Assembly (NCBI RefSeq): GCF_964213995.1
Contig: NC_135808.1
Span: 3,596,001-3,660,000 of the forward strand
DNA length: 64,000 nucleotides
Direction: 5' to 3'
Source of the DNA: Mustelus asterias
Lineage: Eukaryota
Shown here: piece by piece, positions 38,413-51,245 of the stretch
Layout: each line of letters begins with the position of its first letter
How positions within the stretch are numbered: the stretch's first letter is position 1
The notes under the pieces: generated by a model
Told to the model about the DNA's origin: nothing
Database searches by the model: none
The model's input: the letters and a program-made list of their open reading frames with translations, nothing else
Translations under genes and position numbers: made by a program

Positions 38413-38997
38413 AGAAACATAGAGACATAGAAAATAGAAGCAGGAGTAGGCCATTCGGCCCTTCGAGCCTGCTCCGCTATTCATTTTGATCATGGCTGAT
38501 CATCGAATTCAATATCCTGATCCCCCTTCCTCCATATCCCTTTAGCCCCAAGAGCTACATCTAATTTCTTGTTGAAATCACACAACGTTTTGGCCTCAAC
38601 TACTTTCTGTGATCGTGAATTCCACACATTCACCACCCGCTGGGTGAAGAAATTTCTCCTCACCTCAGTTATAAAAGGTTTACCCCATATCCTCAAACTA
38701 TGACCTCTTGTTCTGGACTCCCACACCATTGGGAACATTCTAAATCTACCCTGTCTAATTCTGTGAGAATTTTATAAGTTTCTATGAGATCCCCTCTCAT
38801 TCTTCTAAACCCCCGTGAATATAATCCTAACCGACTTAGTCTTTCCTCATATGACAGAGCTGCCATCCCAGGAATCAGCCTGGTAAACCTTCGCTGTACT
38901 CCCTCTATAGCAAGGACATCCTTCCTCAGATAAGGACACCAAAACTGCACACAATATTCCAGATGTGGCCTCACCAACGCCCGATACAATTGCAGCA
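38413..38997 (-). mobile_element. CR1 3' fragment
   Basis: ORFs 38693-38998 and 38490-38738 with CR1 C-terminal motifs. Confidence 0.92.
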
Positions 38998-39019
38998 AAA
39001 GAGAAGCAGCAGTAAGTTA

Positions 39020-42000
39020 AACATTAAGATAAAAGCAAAATTCTGCAAATGCTGGATTCTGAAACAAAAACAGAAAATGCTGGGAAAACTCACTAGGTTT
39101 GACAGCAGTTGTGGAGAGACAATAGAGTTAACATTTCAAATCTGGGTGACCCTTTGTCAGAGCTGAAGACAAAGAAAATAGGACAAGATTTTTACTGTAA
39201 GGGTGTTGGGTGGGATTGGTGTAATTGACCAGGATGTCATAGACATAAAGAAAAAGGGAGTGTGAATGGTGGTGATGAATAATGCTAACAGCGTCCATTA
39301 GGAGATTGAAAAATCTAGATGGCAGAACAAAGGTGCAGAGTGTGAAACGACAACCTGAGGCAAAAACAGAAAATGCTTGAAAGTCTCAGCAGGTCTGTCA
39401 GCATCTGTGGAGAGAGAATAGATCCAGCGAATAGAGGTGTGTGACAGATGGCCTTGATGATGAGTGGTGGGAGGGAGAAAAATAAAATGGAAGGTGAGGT
39501 TTCGAAGTGGACGATAGAAGAAATTGAAATTAAATATATATATTAAGAATATAAAGTAATAAAAATGGATTTAAAAGAGAAAAAGAAATGAAATAAAGTA
39601 AATGGGAATGGAGTGGAAGTGGAGGACAACATTCATGCTCTGAAGTTGATTTGATTTGATTTATTATTGTCACATGTATTAGTATACAGTGCTGTACAGA
39701 CAAAGCATACCGTTCATATAGAAGGAAAAAAAAGAGTGTAGAATATAGTGTTACAGTCATAGCTAGGGTGTAGAGAAAGATCAACTCAATGCGAGATAGG
39801 TCCATTCAAAAGTCTGATGGCAGCAGGGAAGAAGCTGTTCTTGAGTCGGTTGGGACGTGACCTCAGACTTTTGTATCTTTTTCCCGACTGAAGAAGGTGG
39901 AAGAGTGTATGTCTGGGGTGCGTGGGGTCCTTAATTATGCTGGCTGTTTTGCTGAGGCAGCGGGAAGTGTAGACAGAGTCAATGGATGGGAGGCTGGTTT
40001 GCTCGATGGATTGGGCTTTTGTAGTTTCTTCTTTGTCTTGGGCAGAGCAGGAGTCATACCAAGCTGTGATACAACCGGAAAGAATGATTTCTATGATGCA
40101 TCTGTAAAAGCAGATGAGAGTCGTAGCTGACATGCCAAATTTCCTTAGTCTTCTGAGAGAGTAGAGACATTGGTGGTCTTTCCTAACTATAGTGTTGGCA
40201 GGGGGAAACCAGGACACGTTGTTGGTGATCTGGACACCAAAAAACTTGAAGCTTTTGATCATTTCTACTTCATCCCCATTGATGTAGACAGGGGCATGTT
40301 CTCCACTATGCTTCCTGAAGTCGATGACAATCTTCTTCATTTTGTTGACATTGAGGGAGAGATTATTGTCACCGCGCCAGTTCACCAGATTCTCTGTCTC
40401 ATTCCTGTACCCTGTCTCATCATTGTTTGAGATACGATCCACTACAGTGGTGTCATTAGCAAACTTGAAAATTGAGTTGGAAGGGAATTTGGCCACACAG
40501 TCATAGTATAGTAGGGGCTGAGAACACAGCCTTATGGGGCACCAGTGTTGAGGATGATCGTGGAAAAGGTGTTGTTGCCTATCCTTACTGATTGTGGTCT
40601 GTGGGTTAGGACGTTCAGGATCCAGTCGCAGAGGGAGGAGCCGAGGCCCAGGCCATGGAGTTTGGCAATGAGTTTCGTAGGAATAATGGTGTTGAAGGCT
40701 GAGCTGTAGTCAATAAATATGAATCTGACATAGGTGTGTTTTGAGTGCAGGGCCAGGGAAGTGGCACCTGCTGTTGTGGCGGTAGACGAACTGTAGTGGA
40801 TCCAGGCAATTCAGGAGGCTGGAATTGATTCGTGCCACGACTAACCATTCGAAGCACTTCATAATGATGGATGTCAGAGCCACCAGACGATAGTCATTAA
40901 GGCATGCTGCTTGACTTTTCTTTGGTACTGGGATGATGGTCGCCTTCTTGAAGCAGATAGGGACCTCAGATTGTTGGAAAGAGAGGTTGAAGATGTCTGC
41001 GAATACCCCCACCAGCTGATTCACATAGAAACTGAGGGCTCGTCCAGGTACCCCATTCGGGCCAGTCGCTTTCCATGGGTTGACCTTCGAGAAGGCTGTT
41101 CTGACATCTGCAATGGTGACCTCAGATACAGATTCATGCGAGGCTTCCAGAGTGGAGGGCGTGCTCTCGCTGACCTCTTGCTCAAAACGGGCGTAGAATG
41201 AATTGAGCTCATCAGGGAGGGGTGCATTGGAGCCGGCGATCTTACATGCCTTCATCTTGTAGCCTGTTATGTCTTGCAGACCTTGCCATAGTCGGAGGGG
41301 GTCCATGTGGCTAGCCTACAACTCGAGCTTCGTCCAGCCTCCTTCGATCATATCTGGCTTTCTTGTATAGGTCAGGGTTGCCTGACTTGAACGTCTCAGA
41401 CCTAGACTTCAGCAAGCAGTGGACATCCCTGTTCATCCATGGTTTCTGGTTGGGAAACACGCGGATTGGCTTCTTTGGCACACTTATTAATGAAGTTGAA
41501 CTCAGTGTTCAGTCCGGAAGGCTGTAATGTGCCTAATTGGAAGATGAGGTGCTGTTCCTTCAGTTTACACTGGGCTCCACTTGAACATTGCAACAGGCCA
41601 AAGACAGACATGTGGACAAGAGAGCAGGATGGTGTGTTGAAATGGCAAATGTCAGGAAGGTCTGGGTCCTGCTTGCGGATGGACCGAAGTTGTCCTGCAA
41701 ATCGGTCACTGAATCTGCGTCTGATCTCTCTGATGTAGTGTAAACTGCACTGGGAGCAGCGACTGCAAGAGACCAGATTAAAGGAGGTGCACGTGAAGTG
41801 CTGCTTCATCTTAAAAGAGTGCTTGGGCCCTGCGATGGTAAGCAGGGTGGAGGTAAAGATGAAGTTGTTGCACCTTCTACGATTGCATGAGAAGGTGCCA
41901 TGGGTAGCGGATAAGTTGTCGGGTGTGATGGAGGAGTGAACCAGGGTGTCCCAGATGGAATGCTGACAGGGGGAGTGAGGAGAAGACGTGCTTTGTGGTG

Positions 42001-42120
42001 GCATCATGCTGGAGTTGGCAGAAATGGCGGAGAGTGACCCTTTGAATGTGGAAGCTGGTGGGGTGAAAAGTGAGGATGGTTCTGGGAGGGAGCAAAGGAG
42101 GTGAGATCAGTTAGATGGAT
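39020..42120 (-). mobile_element. Penelope-like element copy C (5'-truncated)
   Basis: ORF 41402-42007 encodes a GIY-YIG endonuclease-like region (CTSFNLV..C..C..YI..RF..HFN..EQHLIF.LGTLQP.GLN). Confidence 0.85.
39647..41480 (-). mobile_element. Rex1/Babar LINE nested in Penelope copy C
   Basis: KATGPNGV, IIPVPKK..ACLNDYR.VALTSIIMKCFE, KFANDTTVV, LRRLRKFGMS. Confidence 0.9.
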
Positions 42121-43496
42121 ACGATGAGGAGCCTGGGCAGACAGAGAGTGAGAATGAGGAGATAGCCGTGATGATCCTTCAGGGAGGTCGGAGCACTAGA
42201 GAAGTATTGATTTAATGCTCCTTCAGCTTGGATACCAAGAGTTGGCTTCCATCTTAGTCCAAGGGCACCATCTACTGAACACATTTTTGGGAAGGCAATA
42301 CCATGCAATGACCCCAGTGTTGCCTCACAATCTCTGTAATGAAGTTTGCTGCTCCTGCCAACCAACATAAGGCACTGATGAGGCCTGCACCTATGAAAAA
42401 CATGAAGCACACTCAGGTCATTGCAACACAATACTTGTTTATATCTTTAACAGACTTTCAAAGAACGAATGGAACATAAATGCCAGAATTTTACTGTCCC
42501 GCCCACCACGGGAATCGGAGCGGGCAAGGGATGGATGGAAAGGTCGTTGACCTCGGGCGTGATTTTACGACTTTTTACAAAAGTCACCATTAAATCCTAT
42601 CCTCTGCTCACAGTGCTTTAAACATACGATTGTGAGAGCTACACCTTTGTGCCCCACCCCTCGCTAGTAGCGTCATTGGTATGTTTTGTCTGTATAGCTT
42701 GCAAGAAACAATACTTTTCACTCTATCCCAATACATGTGATAATAATAAATAAATCAATAAATCACTCCTGCCCCTGTGTGACTTGAGGACATAGCACCT
42801 CACTGACACTCTAGTTTGAATGTATCCATTTCAAATTTGGTCAGTATGAGCAGGTTGGCCACCCCACTACCCATTCATCTGATTCATTAGTGCAACCATC
42901 TACTTTCAACTCACAGCCTCACATCCCTATATGTGTATTTATTTCCCTGAAACCTGCTTATTTACACTTAATGTAATTGAGAAAAATATGCATTGCTGCT
43001 GCCAGATTTCCTTTCCTCTCCGACTGGAAATATTTACACTTTCTTTGGACGCAATGAACAGAAATGGTAGGAAGGTTGGCTGTCCTTATAACTATATTTT
43101 TATAGGTATTTTCAATTGACTGCCTTCTATAAAAATATTTTGCAGTTAAATAACAAAACATATGTTCTGTGAAGAAAGAAACTAGGAAGCCTGGACAAGG
43201 TGTCTCTCTGAGCTTCCAAGTTGGAGGTGGCCTAAGATGGAGGTTACTCAAGCTGCTGCCTCTCTTTCAGAGACTTGCCCATACTGGGTGACCATGGAGA
43301 TGAAGCTGACAGTGTCCTATCATTCAACAGAGACCAGTGAGCGCTGCAGGAACTGGAGGTCATGGTGGATAATGCAAATAACATTATTTAGCTTCACCTG
43401 TTTCTTTTTAATATAAAAACAGAAAACACTGATTAAATACTGCAGGTCTGGCAGCATCAGTGGAGAGAGAAACAGAGTTAACATTTCAAGTCCTTA

Positions 43497-44205
43497 TGCG
43501 GTGGCTATCACTGCTGCCTCACAGTGTCAGGGACCTGGGTTCTGTGAGATATGGCATAATGTTGCTTCTACATGAAGCTGAATTGTAGAACCATAAGCAG
43601 GCTTTAAAGCAGGTTATAGTGTGCAAACATCAGTCTTAACACAGAAACCACCGAAGATACACAACATGGGACCGAAACAAGAAAGAACAAAGAAAGTGGC
43701 TTATCTGAACATAGCAGCAGTTAAGAAACTACCACATAGGCAAGAAATAGGAGACATAATCACATAACGTTGACAAAAGAAACATAATCACATAACATAA
43801 ACAAGAGTGGGGGGGGGGGGGAGAGGTACCGGGGGCTTTGGAGAAACTGTATAAAATACATGCTGTAATTATGTTAAAGTGTGCCTGCTCAGCGACACCC
43901 TTTCTTGCAAGATCGATTAAAAGACGCTTCTTCACTCGTATAAAATTATTAAAGAGTGAGCTTCGTTTCTCACAGTTCAATTCCAGCTTCAGGTTACTGT
44001 CTGTGTGGAGTTTGCACATTCTCCTTGGCTGCATGGGATTCCTCAAAGTGCTCCATTTTCCTCCCACACTCCAAAGATGTGCGGGTTAGGTTGATTGGCT
44101 GTGCTAAATTGACCCTTAGGGGGATTAGCAGGGTAATTACGTGAGGTTATGGGAATTGTTGCAGGCTTGATGGGCCGAATGGCCTCCTTCTGCACTATAA
44201 GGACT
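43497..44205 (+). mobile_element. HE1 V-SINE split by a solo LTR
   Basis: B-box gggttc|aattcc is interrupted; V-domain and tail follow 43975. Confidence 0.85.
43543..43974 (+). mobile_element. Solo LTR (ERV-like)
   Basis: TGTGAGA...TCTCACA inverted termini, perfect 4-bp TSD gttc, TATAAAA at about 43850, ATTAAA at about 43916. Confidence 0.88.
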
Positions 44206-44452
44206 CTGACTCTTCTTGAGAACATATACTACTACCAACTGGAATTGTTCTGTTTCTCTCCACACCTCCACACCTACTGCCAGACCCACTGAGTTTATAC
44301 AGCATTTTCTGTTTTTATTCTGTTTTTATTCCAGATTTCCAGCATCCACAGTATTTTGCTTTATTCCTTCCTTTTTATTTTATTTTTTAATTAGTACCCC
44401 TCTATTAAAAAAAACACATGTTCAGTTTTTCTTTTAATGTGCTTCCTTGTAG

Positions 44453-44473
44453 TTTCGTTAAGACAATTTGAAG
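44453..44473 (+). other. Candidate 21-nt micro-exon (xSLRQFE), second candidate at 44596-44633
   Basis: ttccttgtag acceptor and AAG|gtacag donor; open only in phase 1; 21 nt is the butyrophilin heptad exon size. Confidence 0.3.
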
Positions 44474-45274
44474 GTACAGATATCCAATGAGGTTCAGTTA
44501 CACAGATTTCCTCACTTTCTTTTGCCTGTGTGTGATTTTAATGTATATATATATTATATATCTTCAAATATTATAACCTTGGATTCTCTTCTCAGGTGAA
44601 AACTTCAACAGTTTTTCCAATGATGAAAGGAAGGTACTTCATTATTGTGTTCCTACTGGCTTTTCATATTGTAATGTTGGTTAAGTAATGAAATTGTCAG
44701 TGCAAATCTTAGATTCATGACTGGTGGCTTGTTTTGAATCAATGCATATCTTCACCTTTTGAGTTAATTTATTGTGCAAGATTTCATTAAAAAATCACCT
44801 AACCCTCTTCCCATATATTCTCTAATCTGAAACAAAAAATGTTGGAAAATCTCAGCAGGTCTGACAGCATCTGTGGAGAGAGAACAGAGCTAATGTTTCA
44901 AGTCCTTCATAATCTTGTACACCTCAATTAGATCACCCCTCGGTCTTCTCTGCTCCAACGGAAACAACCCAAGCCTATCCAACCTCTGTTCATAACTTAA
45001 ATATCCCATCTCAGGCATCGTTCTGGTGAATCTCCTCTGCACCCCCTTCAGTGCGACCACACCCTTCCTATAATGTTGCAACCAGAACAGCAGCCTCTTC
45101 CCATATATTCTCTAATTTGAAACACAAAATGCTGGAAAATCTCAGCAGGTCTGATAGCATCTGTGGAGAGAGAACAGAGCTAACGTTTCGAGTGGATGAT
45201 TCTTCAAATTTTCCAGCGTTTTCTGTTTTTCAGATTCCAGCATCTGCAGTAATTTGTTTTTATCTAATCTATCC

Positions 45275-45620
45275 TCAGGTTAAGCAATGCCTCAATTTTA
45301 AGATTCTTATCCTTGTCTTCAAATCCCTTCACAGCTTTGCCCCTCCCTATCTTTGTAATCTTCTCCAGGCCCACAAACCCCGAGTTAATCTGTGACCTCT
45401 AATTCTGGACTGTTAAATGTCCCCAATTTTAATTTCCCTATTATCGGTGATTGTGCTTTCAGCTGCCTTGATCCTAACCCTGCAATTCCCTCTCTAAACC
45501 TCTATACCTCTCTTTTCTACTTTATGATGCTCTTTAAAACTCTAAACTTTTGACGATCTACCTTAATGTGGCTCAGTGTCAAGTTTAGCTTTATAACACT
45601 GAAGCCCTGAGGGACGTTTC
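45275..45620 (+). mobile_element. L2 LINE 3' fragment
   Basis: FKILILVFKSLHSFAPPYL motif. Confidence 0.75.
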
Positions 45621-45879
45621 ACCATTTGTACCACTCTATCTTTGGTGCAAGTTTGAGATTACTGGTTAGAATGCTCATTTATCACCTGATATGTTCACAT
45701 GGACTGCATTTGATGAGCCTGTAAATGTAAATGTTATTCTGAATTTATTTTCAGATTTGTGATTTTTAAAAATATAGTAACATTAAAAAATGAATTTTGT
45801 ATGTTTCCTTTGAACTAACACTCAGTAAATCAAATCTGTTCCTGCAAGAAGTCTATTGATTTTTTGAAATGTTATCTTT

Positions 45880-46800
45880 TACAGAGAGATTCCATGTTCT
45901 TGTGCCAAACGGTCCCATCGCTGGGGAGGAGGTTGCCCAGCAGGAGGAGGAGGAGCACACCGAGCAAGACCACCCAGGCGCTGGAGGGCTGGCAGCTCAA
46001 ATGAAGCATGCAAGGGTGGGTAGGGAGGCCCTGATCACCAGGCAATTCAATCACTAGGGGCTTGTGTCTGTGGGTTCCATTCCCCCGGCCCCCAAAAGTC
46101 CTTCTATCTCTTGCGACATTGTTACACCAGAATGGTAGGCCTGGGTACGCTATGTTAGTGAGTTTCTTTGGCAGGCAGGAGGATGATGATGACTCACTAA
46201 GCATCATTATTATGATATCTTGGTGCAAACTAGTCTGACTCCTACCTGGGGTCCGCATGAATGCTGGCACCTGGGCCCAAGTCTATGTAGCGGGTAAGTG
46301 ATCTGAGGCAGGTGGGATGGGGGAGGGGAGGGAATTGCTCATGGGTTCTGGGGAACCAATGTGTCATTTTCTCAGTGACACAGCATTGAGTGGCCTCTCC
46401 AACTGAAACATCTCTCCGGCGATCATCAAAAGAAGAGGATTCCTGTTCGAGACAAATTTGAGACAAATTAGTCACAGGTGGGTGGTGAAAAAACATTTAA
46501 TGATGACAAGAAAGGTGTTTAAATAATAAGTTCTAACATAAAAGCGTGTGAATGGAAAATGTTAAGGTGCTTAAAGATTGATCTAACTATTGCAGCTCTT
46601 CACCCGTGCCATCTTAGTGCAACTACAACTTCTTAACCTTATGTGGCCTACCTCTAAGTCTGTGTCTTCCCAGAATCGGAGGTGGCGGGAACCATCTGCC
46701 TACCTTACCCTGTTGCCTCTGATGCACTTGGCAGGTGTCCTCTGGGGGCCCTGGGCCTTGAGGGCCCTGGCCTGTTTCCAGGTGTCTGGAATGTTTCCAT
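45880..46800. mobile_element. PIF/Harbinger relic (transposase 3' end and convergent second ORF)
   Basis: Acidic stretch followed by ARVGREALITRQF; layout resembles 57560-59830. Confidence 0.4.
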
Positions 46801-46807
46801 GACACAC

Positions 46808-47055
46808 TCGGCACGGTAGCACAGTGGTTAGCACTGCTGCTTCACAGCTCCAGGGACCTGGGTTCAATTCCCGGCTTGGGTCACTGTCTGTGTGGAGTTT
46901 GCACATTCTCCTCGTGTCTGCGTAGGTTTCCTCCAGGTGCTCCGGTTTCCTCCCACAGTCCAAAGATGTGCGGGTTAGGTTGATTGGCCATTCTAAATTG
47001 CCCTTAGTGTCCTGAGATGTGTAGGTTAGAGGGATTAGTGGGTAAATATGTAGGA
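46808..47055 (+). mobile_element. HE1 V-SINE, 3'-truncated
   Basis: Head and V-domain. Confidence 0.9.
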
Positions 47056-47064
47056 ATCCGTGAA

Positions 47065-47520
47065 GGTGTTCTTATTATCTAGGTGTTATCTTGTTATCTA
47101 GGTGTTCCAGGGTTGAGTGCAGGGTCAGGGAAATGGCGTCTGCTGTGGACCTGTTGCAGCAGTAGGCAAACTGTAGTGGATCCAGGTAGTCCAGGAGGCT
47201 GGAATTGATTCCTGCCATGATTAACCGTTCAATGCACTTCATAATGACGGATGTCAGAGACACCGGCCAAAAGTTATTAAGGCATGCTGCTTGTTTCTTT
47301 TTAGGTACCGGGATGATGGTCATCTTCTTGAAGCAGATAGGGACCTCAGATTGTTGTAAAGAGAGGTTGAAGATGTCTGTGAATACCCCCGCCGGCTGAT
47401 CCACGCAGGATCTGAGTGCATGTCCGGGTACCCCATCCGGGCCAGTTGCTTTCCGTGGGTTGACCTTCAAGAAAACTGCTCTGACATCTGCAATGGTGAC
47501 CCCAGATACAGGTTCACCCA
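47065..47520 (-). mobile_element. Rex1/Babar internal RT fragment
   Basis: ORF 47075-47533: KATGPDGVPG, DPLQFAY..NRSTADAI. Confidence 0.9.
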
Positions 47521-47534
47521 GTTGTCCAATCATA

Positions 47535-47720
47535 TTTGGACACTAAGGGGCAATTTACCATGGCCAGTCCACCTAACCTACACATCTTTGGAGTGTGGGA
47601 GAAAAATGGAGCATCCAGAGGAAAGTCACGCAGACACGGAGAGACTGTGCAAACTCCACAGAGATCCAGGCTGGAATCGAACCAGCTGTGAGGCAGCATT
47701 GCTAACCACTCTGCCACCGT
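47535..47720 (-). mobile_element. HE1 V-SINE fragment
   Basis: Diverged head and V-domain in reverse. Confidence 0.8.
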
Positions 47721-50700
47721 ACCTACTCCTACTGAGCATTTTGGACCAGCAGTGCTGAGCAATCTTGCAAAATCCTCTGGATTGCTTGATATTTTCCCAG
47801 TTCAGTCACCTATTCTGATTGGGAAATGTTCCACATGCATTTCAAATACATTTGCTGTGTGGAGAGCTGTACTTCTTCACAGAGGGGAATGCACTTGTTG
47901 CAACTAATAGCAAGAGTTGTGTTCATTGTAGGATTATTTTACTCTCCATTAGACAGGCCTGGCCAGCACTGAGCTGCATTCTGTGGAATTATACGAGTCA
48001 AATTCTGAGTGGTCTCCTGGAATGCTATTCACAATTGCTAAATGCAGGAGCAGTTATTAGATAAGCATATTTAAGGGAGGGTCTGTCCCTCAGTTGCTGG
48101 TGGCACTGGATCTTGGGAGAAACCTTTTCCATTTACTCTTCTGCTCCTGAGCCCCAGGTTTCTCTGGGTCAGTGTAAGTGACTCCATCTCAATCACATTT
48201 CAGCCACCTGCACAATTGAAACCACAGTGGAGCTGAGTGCAAAATAGGATCTGAGGTGCTCATCTTCAGAATATTTTTGCGGGATCTTTTATCTTTTATG
48301 GAGAGGACAGATTGGTCTTGGTTTAACATCCAATCCGGAATCATTATTCCAACCAATCCCATGGGTTTCCTGTTTGGAAAGTGAGGTTAAAACCCCCATA
48401 TTTATATTTTTCAGAATGTCAGTGTATGTGGGGAGAAATTGCGTGCTAGATTATCATCTCACTACTGGGCTGTGAGCTGACAAAGTTGATTTAAATCCTG
48501 CATGGAGCCTATGGGTACGATCACCTGAATGGACACGGTCAGCTTGTGTGTGTGGATGATGGTTAGACTTGCCTCTTCAGCCTCTCCAACATGTGACTTT
48601 CTCCAGCTGAATATCAGCAACACTGAGGCCACATTGTTCAGCTTCTATTAGAAATTAGAACTCCTCAGTATTTTAAAAATGTTGTTCTTAGGATATAGGC
48701 AATGCTGATCAAGGTAGCATTAGTTACTGCAAGGAGATGAAGAGTTGATCACGTTATGTGGACTGCAGTCTCACAGAGGCCACAATGAACTAATTGAATC
48801 TTTAGGACAATCCAGCAGCTTTTCTGGCCATGCTTTTCTGACACTGCCCCACACATTAACAGGTTGATTTAATTCAATTCCTGACCTTATCACAGTGGGA
48901 TGTGAATTCTCAGAGGTAATTCTAACCTACTCCTCCAGCAGGAAAATCCACAGGATCAGGGTGGAATGCTGCTTTTCCACCTCACCCAGTCTGACTGTCT
49001 GACTTCATTGAAGAGTAATATCGGATTGAGTGTCAAACCAGCTTTCCACACGATCCTGTCAGTTTCCTGATGGGTGGCTCAGGTTAAAACTTCCTCTCCA
49101 TCTCCTCTGGGTGTTGGTTCCAGTTTTATAACCATCACAGTAACACACCCATCACCTTTACTGGCTCCTCGGCTCAGACTTCGCCTGATTGTAAGGAGTC
49201 TGTGTGCAGTTCACCCTGAGCTGAGCTTCAATGTTCACATTTCATCCATCATCAAGACTTCATTCCATCTTTATTAGAATCATCCGATAGTTTGCTGGTT
49301 ATGAAAAACATTCTATAAATACAAACTCTGAAGGGTGTTTAGTTGATGGTCAGATACAGAATTTCTTAATTTTATCACAAACCCTGGCACAATGTCACCA
49401 TGGAGTTTGGGCTGGGAGAGGGGGGGTGTTAAATGTCACCAGGGGATTAGGGCTGGGGATTTAAATGTCACCATGGAGATTGTGCTGGGGGTTACTAATT
49501 GATATTATTAGGGACTGTGGCTCTCAGTTCCTGGGTGACCTGCCTTCCTGAGAGAGTCTGCATTTCCTGTGTTTTCTGCTACTGTTTGATTCTCCGGGCT
49601 AATTTTAATTCTTCCCCTGCGGTGGGAACAATGTGTGTGTGGGATTGAGATGGTGATGGGGCATTAGGCAGTGTTACGCAGCATTGCATCCACCAATTTA
49701 ATGTGCCAATTGTCAGGCACCAAAGGGGATCAGTCGCAGAGGAGTGTGGGCCCAGTTTAAATGAAAAGATCATGTCTGGAGGAGGTTTATGAAGGTGAAC
49801 TTGTTAACCATGGGGCAACAACATATGCAATGGTTTCCATCTGCCAAAATGAGCTCGTGACAGCAGGGATTGAGATCAGGCAAGTCATTTATTTTTATTT
49901 TTAAAGATGCCTTGTGGGTCAGGGGATGTGGCAGTAATGCTACTCCTCGTCCCACAAAGATTTGTTGTGTCTTCTCAATATATTCTACCGACAATCAATC
50001 GATTTTTAGTAGTTATAAATCTAATTCTAAATTCTGGATGATTGAGAAACTGTTACATTCGGATTCTAGGTACTTGCACCCTGACATCTCATTAACAGAT
50101 AAAATCGACCCAACAATTCACATCTTTGTAACACATTTGGTGGGGTGGTGATGGTCAGTGAGAAGGCAGGTATTGGGGAATGTGTGTCAAAAAACAATAG
50201 TAGGTGTTGAGGTTTTAGAAGATGGCGAATGTTGCACCAACATTGAAAGGTTGAACAACAGACTTGCAGGGACAAGAAGACTGAATGCTTTGTTATTGCT
50301 GACGGAATGTGGGAACGGATTGAGGATCTGTTATCACTGACGGACTGTGGGAATGAAGTTGAGGAACTTTATAAATGGAAGATCAAAGTTGGAGAAGTTG
50401 AATTGAAATGAGTGAAGGGAGAGAGGATGAAGAGGAGAATTCAGTAAGGATATTGACAGCTGATGCTGCAAAAGGTGGGAATTAAGTCAGGTCAGCCCCT
50501 CCAATTGTCTGTTGATCTCCAAACTTATTTATCTCACCTGGTATCATTTCTAGGTTTGTGGAAACACCCAGATTGACACGCCACCCCTTCCCCCTCACTG
50601 CCAGCAGTCACATCGTTCTCTTTCCCCTCCTCTCCCCCCGCCCCCCCCCCCCCCCATTCATGTGCGAAATGGGGAAAAGCAGCAAATTTTGCGAAAATCT

Positions 50701-50913
50701 TGCTTTATCCCAATCAGGGATTGGGAGTAGATATCTGACGGTTCATTAAACAAGAAAGGTTGGGTTCTCTGAGAGCAGGAATGCAGCATCTGCCACTGTT
50801 CAGATGTTTCTTTCAATGTGGAAAACCTGAGCGACTCCTCACCTTCCTCACCCAGACCCCCACCGCCACTAATCTCCATTCATGTCTTTCTAATTCTCTG
50901 CTTTCTCTGCCAG

Positions 50914-51245
50914 TTTCTGTGATGCTGGATTTGGTGACAGCGAACGACTGGCTTCGGGTGTCTGAGGATCTGAAGAGTTTGAGATACACCAAGACCTGGA
51001 GCAATCTTCCTGACACCAAGAAGAGATTTAAAAACAGATTCTGTGTATTGGGATTAAAGGGATTAACATCGGGGAGACATTGCTGGGAGGTGGCGGAGAA
51101 TCGAGGCTGGAATCGGAGTAGCCGCAGAATGGAGAGGAAGACAGTGGTTTGTCTGAGCCCAGGGACTGGATTCTGGATCGGGAGGCCAGACAGTCCGGCT
51201 TTTGAGCACTCTGTCCTCCGTCCGACGCCACCTCGAGCCGGACGT
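50914..51245 (+). pseudogene. Decayed, truncated B30.2 (PRY-SPRY) exon, shark TRIM type
   Basis: ctttctctgccag acceptor; VSVMLDLVTAN..RVSEDLKS..LPDTKKRF..CVLG.KGLTSGRHCWEV; deletions after WEV and loss of the C-terminal SPRY strands. Confidence 0.8.

Larger units (their letters stand above)
34725..39020 (-). mobile_element. Penelope-like element copy B (degraded, near full length)
   Basis: MDVQSLY (36950-37153), GVPMGT.IGP.NAYLFMG and a RYIDD-like motif (36644-36880), GIY-YIG zinc-linker (35586-35819); collinear with copy A. Confidence 0.85.

Noticed and set aside
43005-43135. Possible transmembrane exon of a second butyrophilin
   Set aside because: The hydrophobic frame has in-frame stops and no clear donor.
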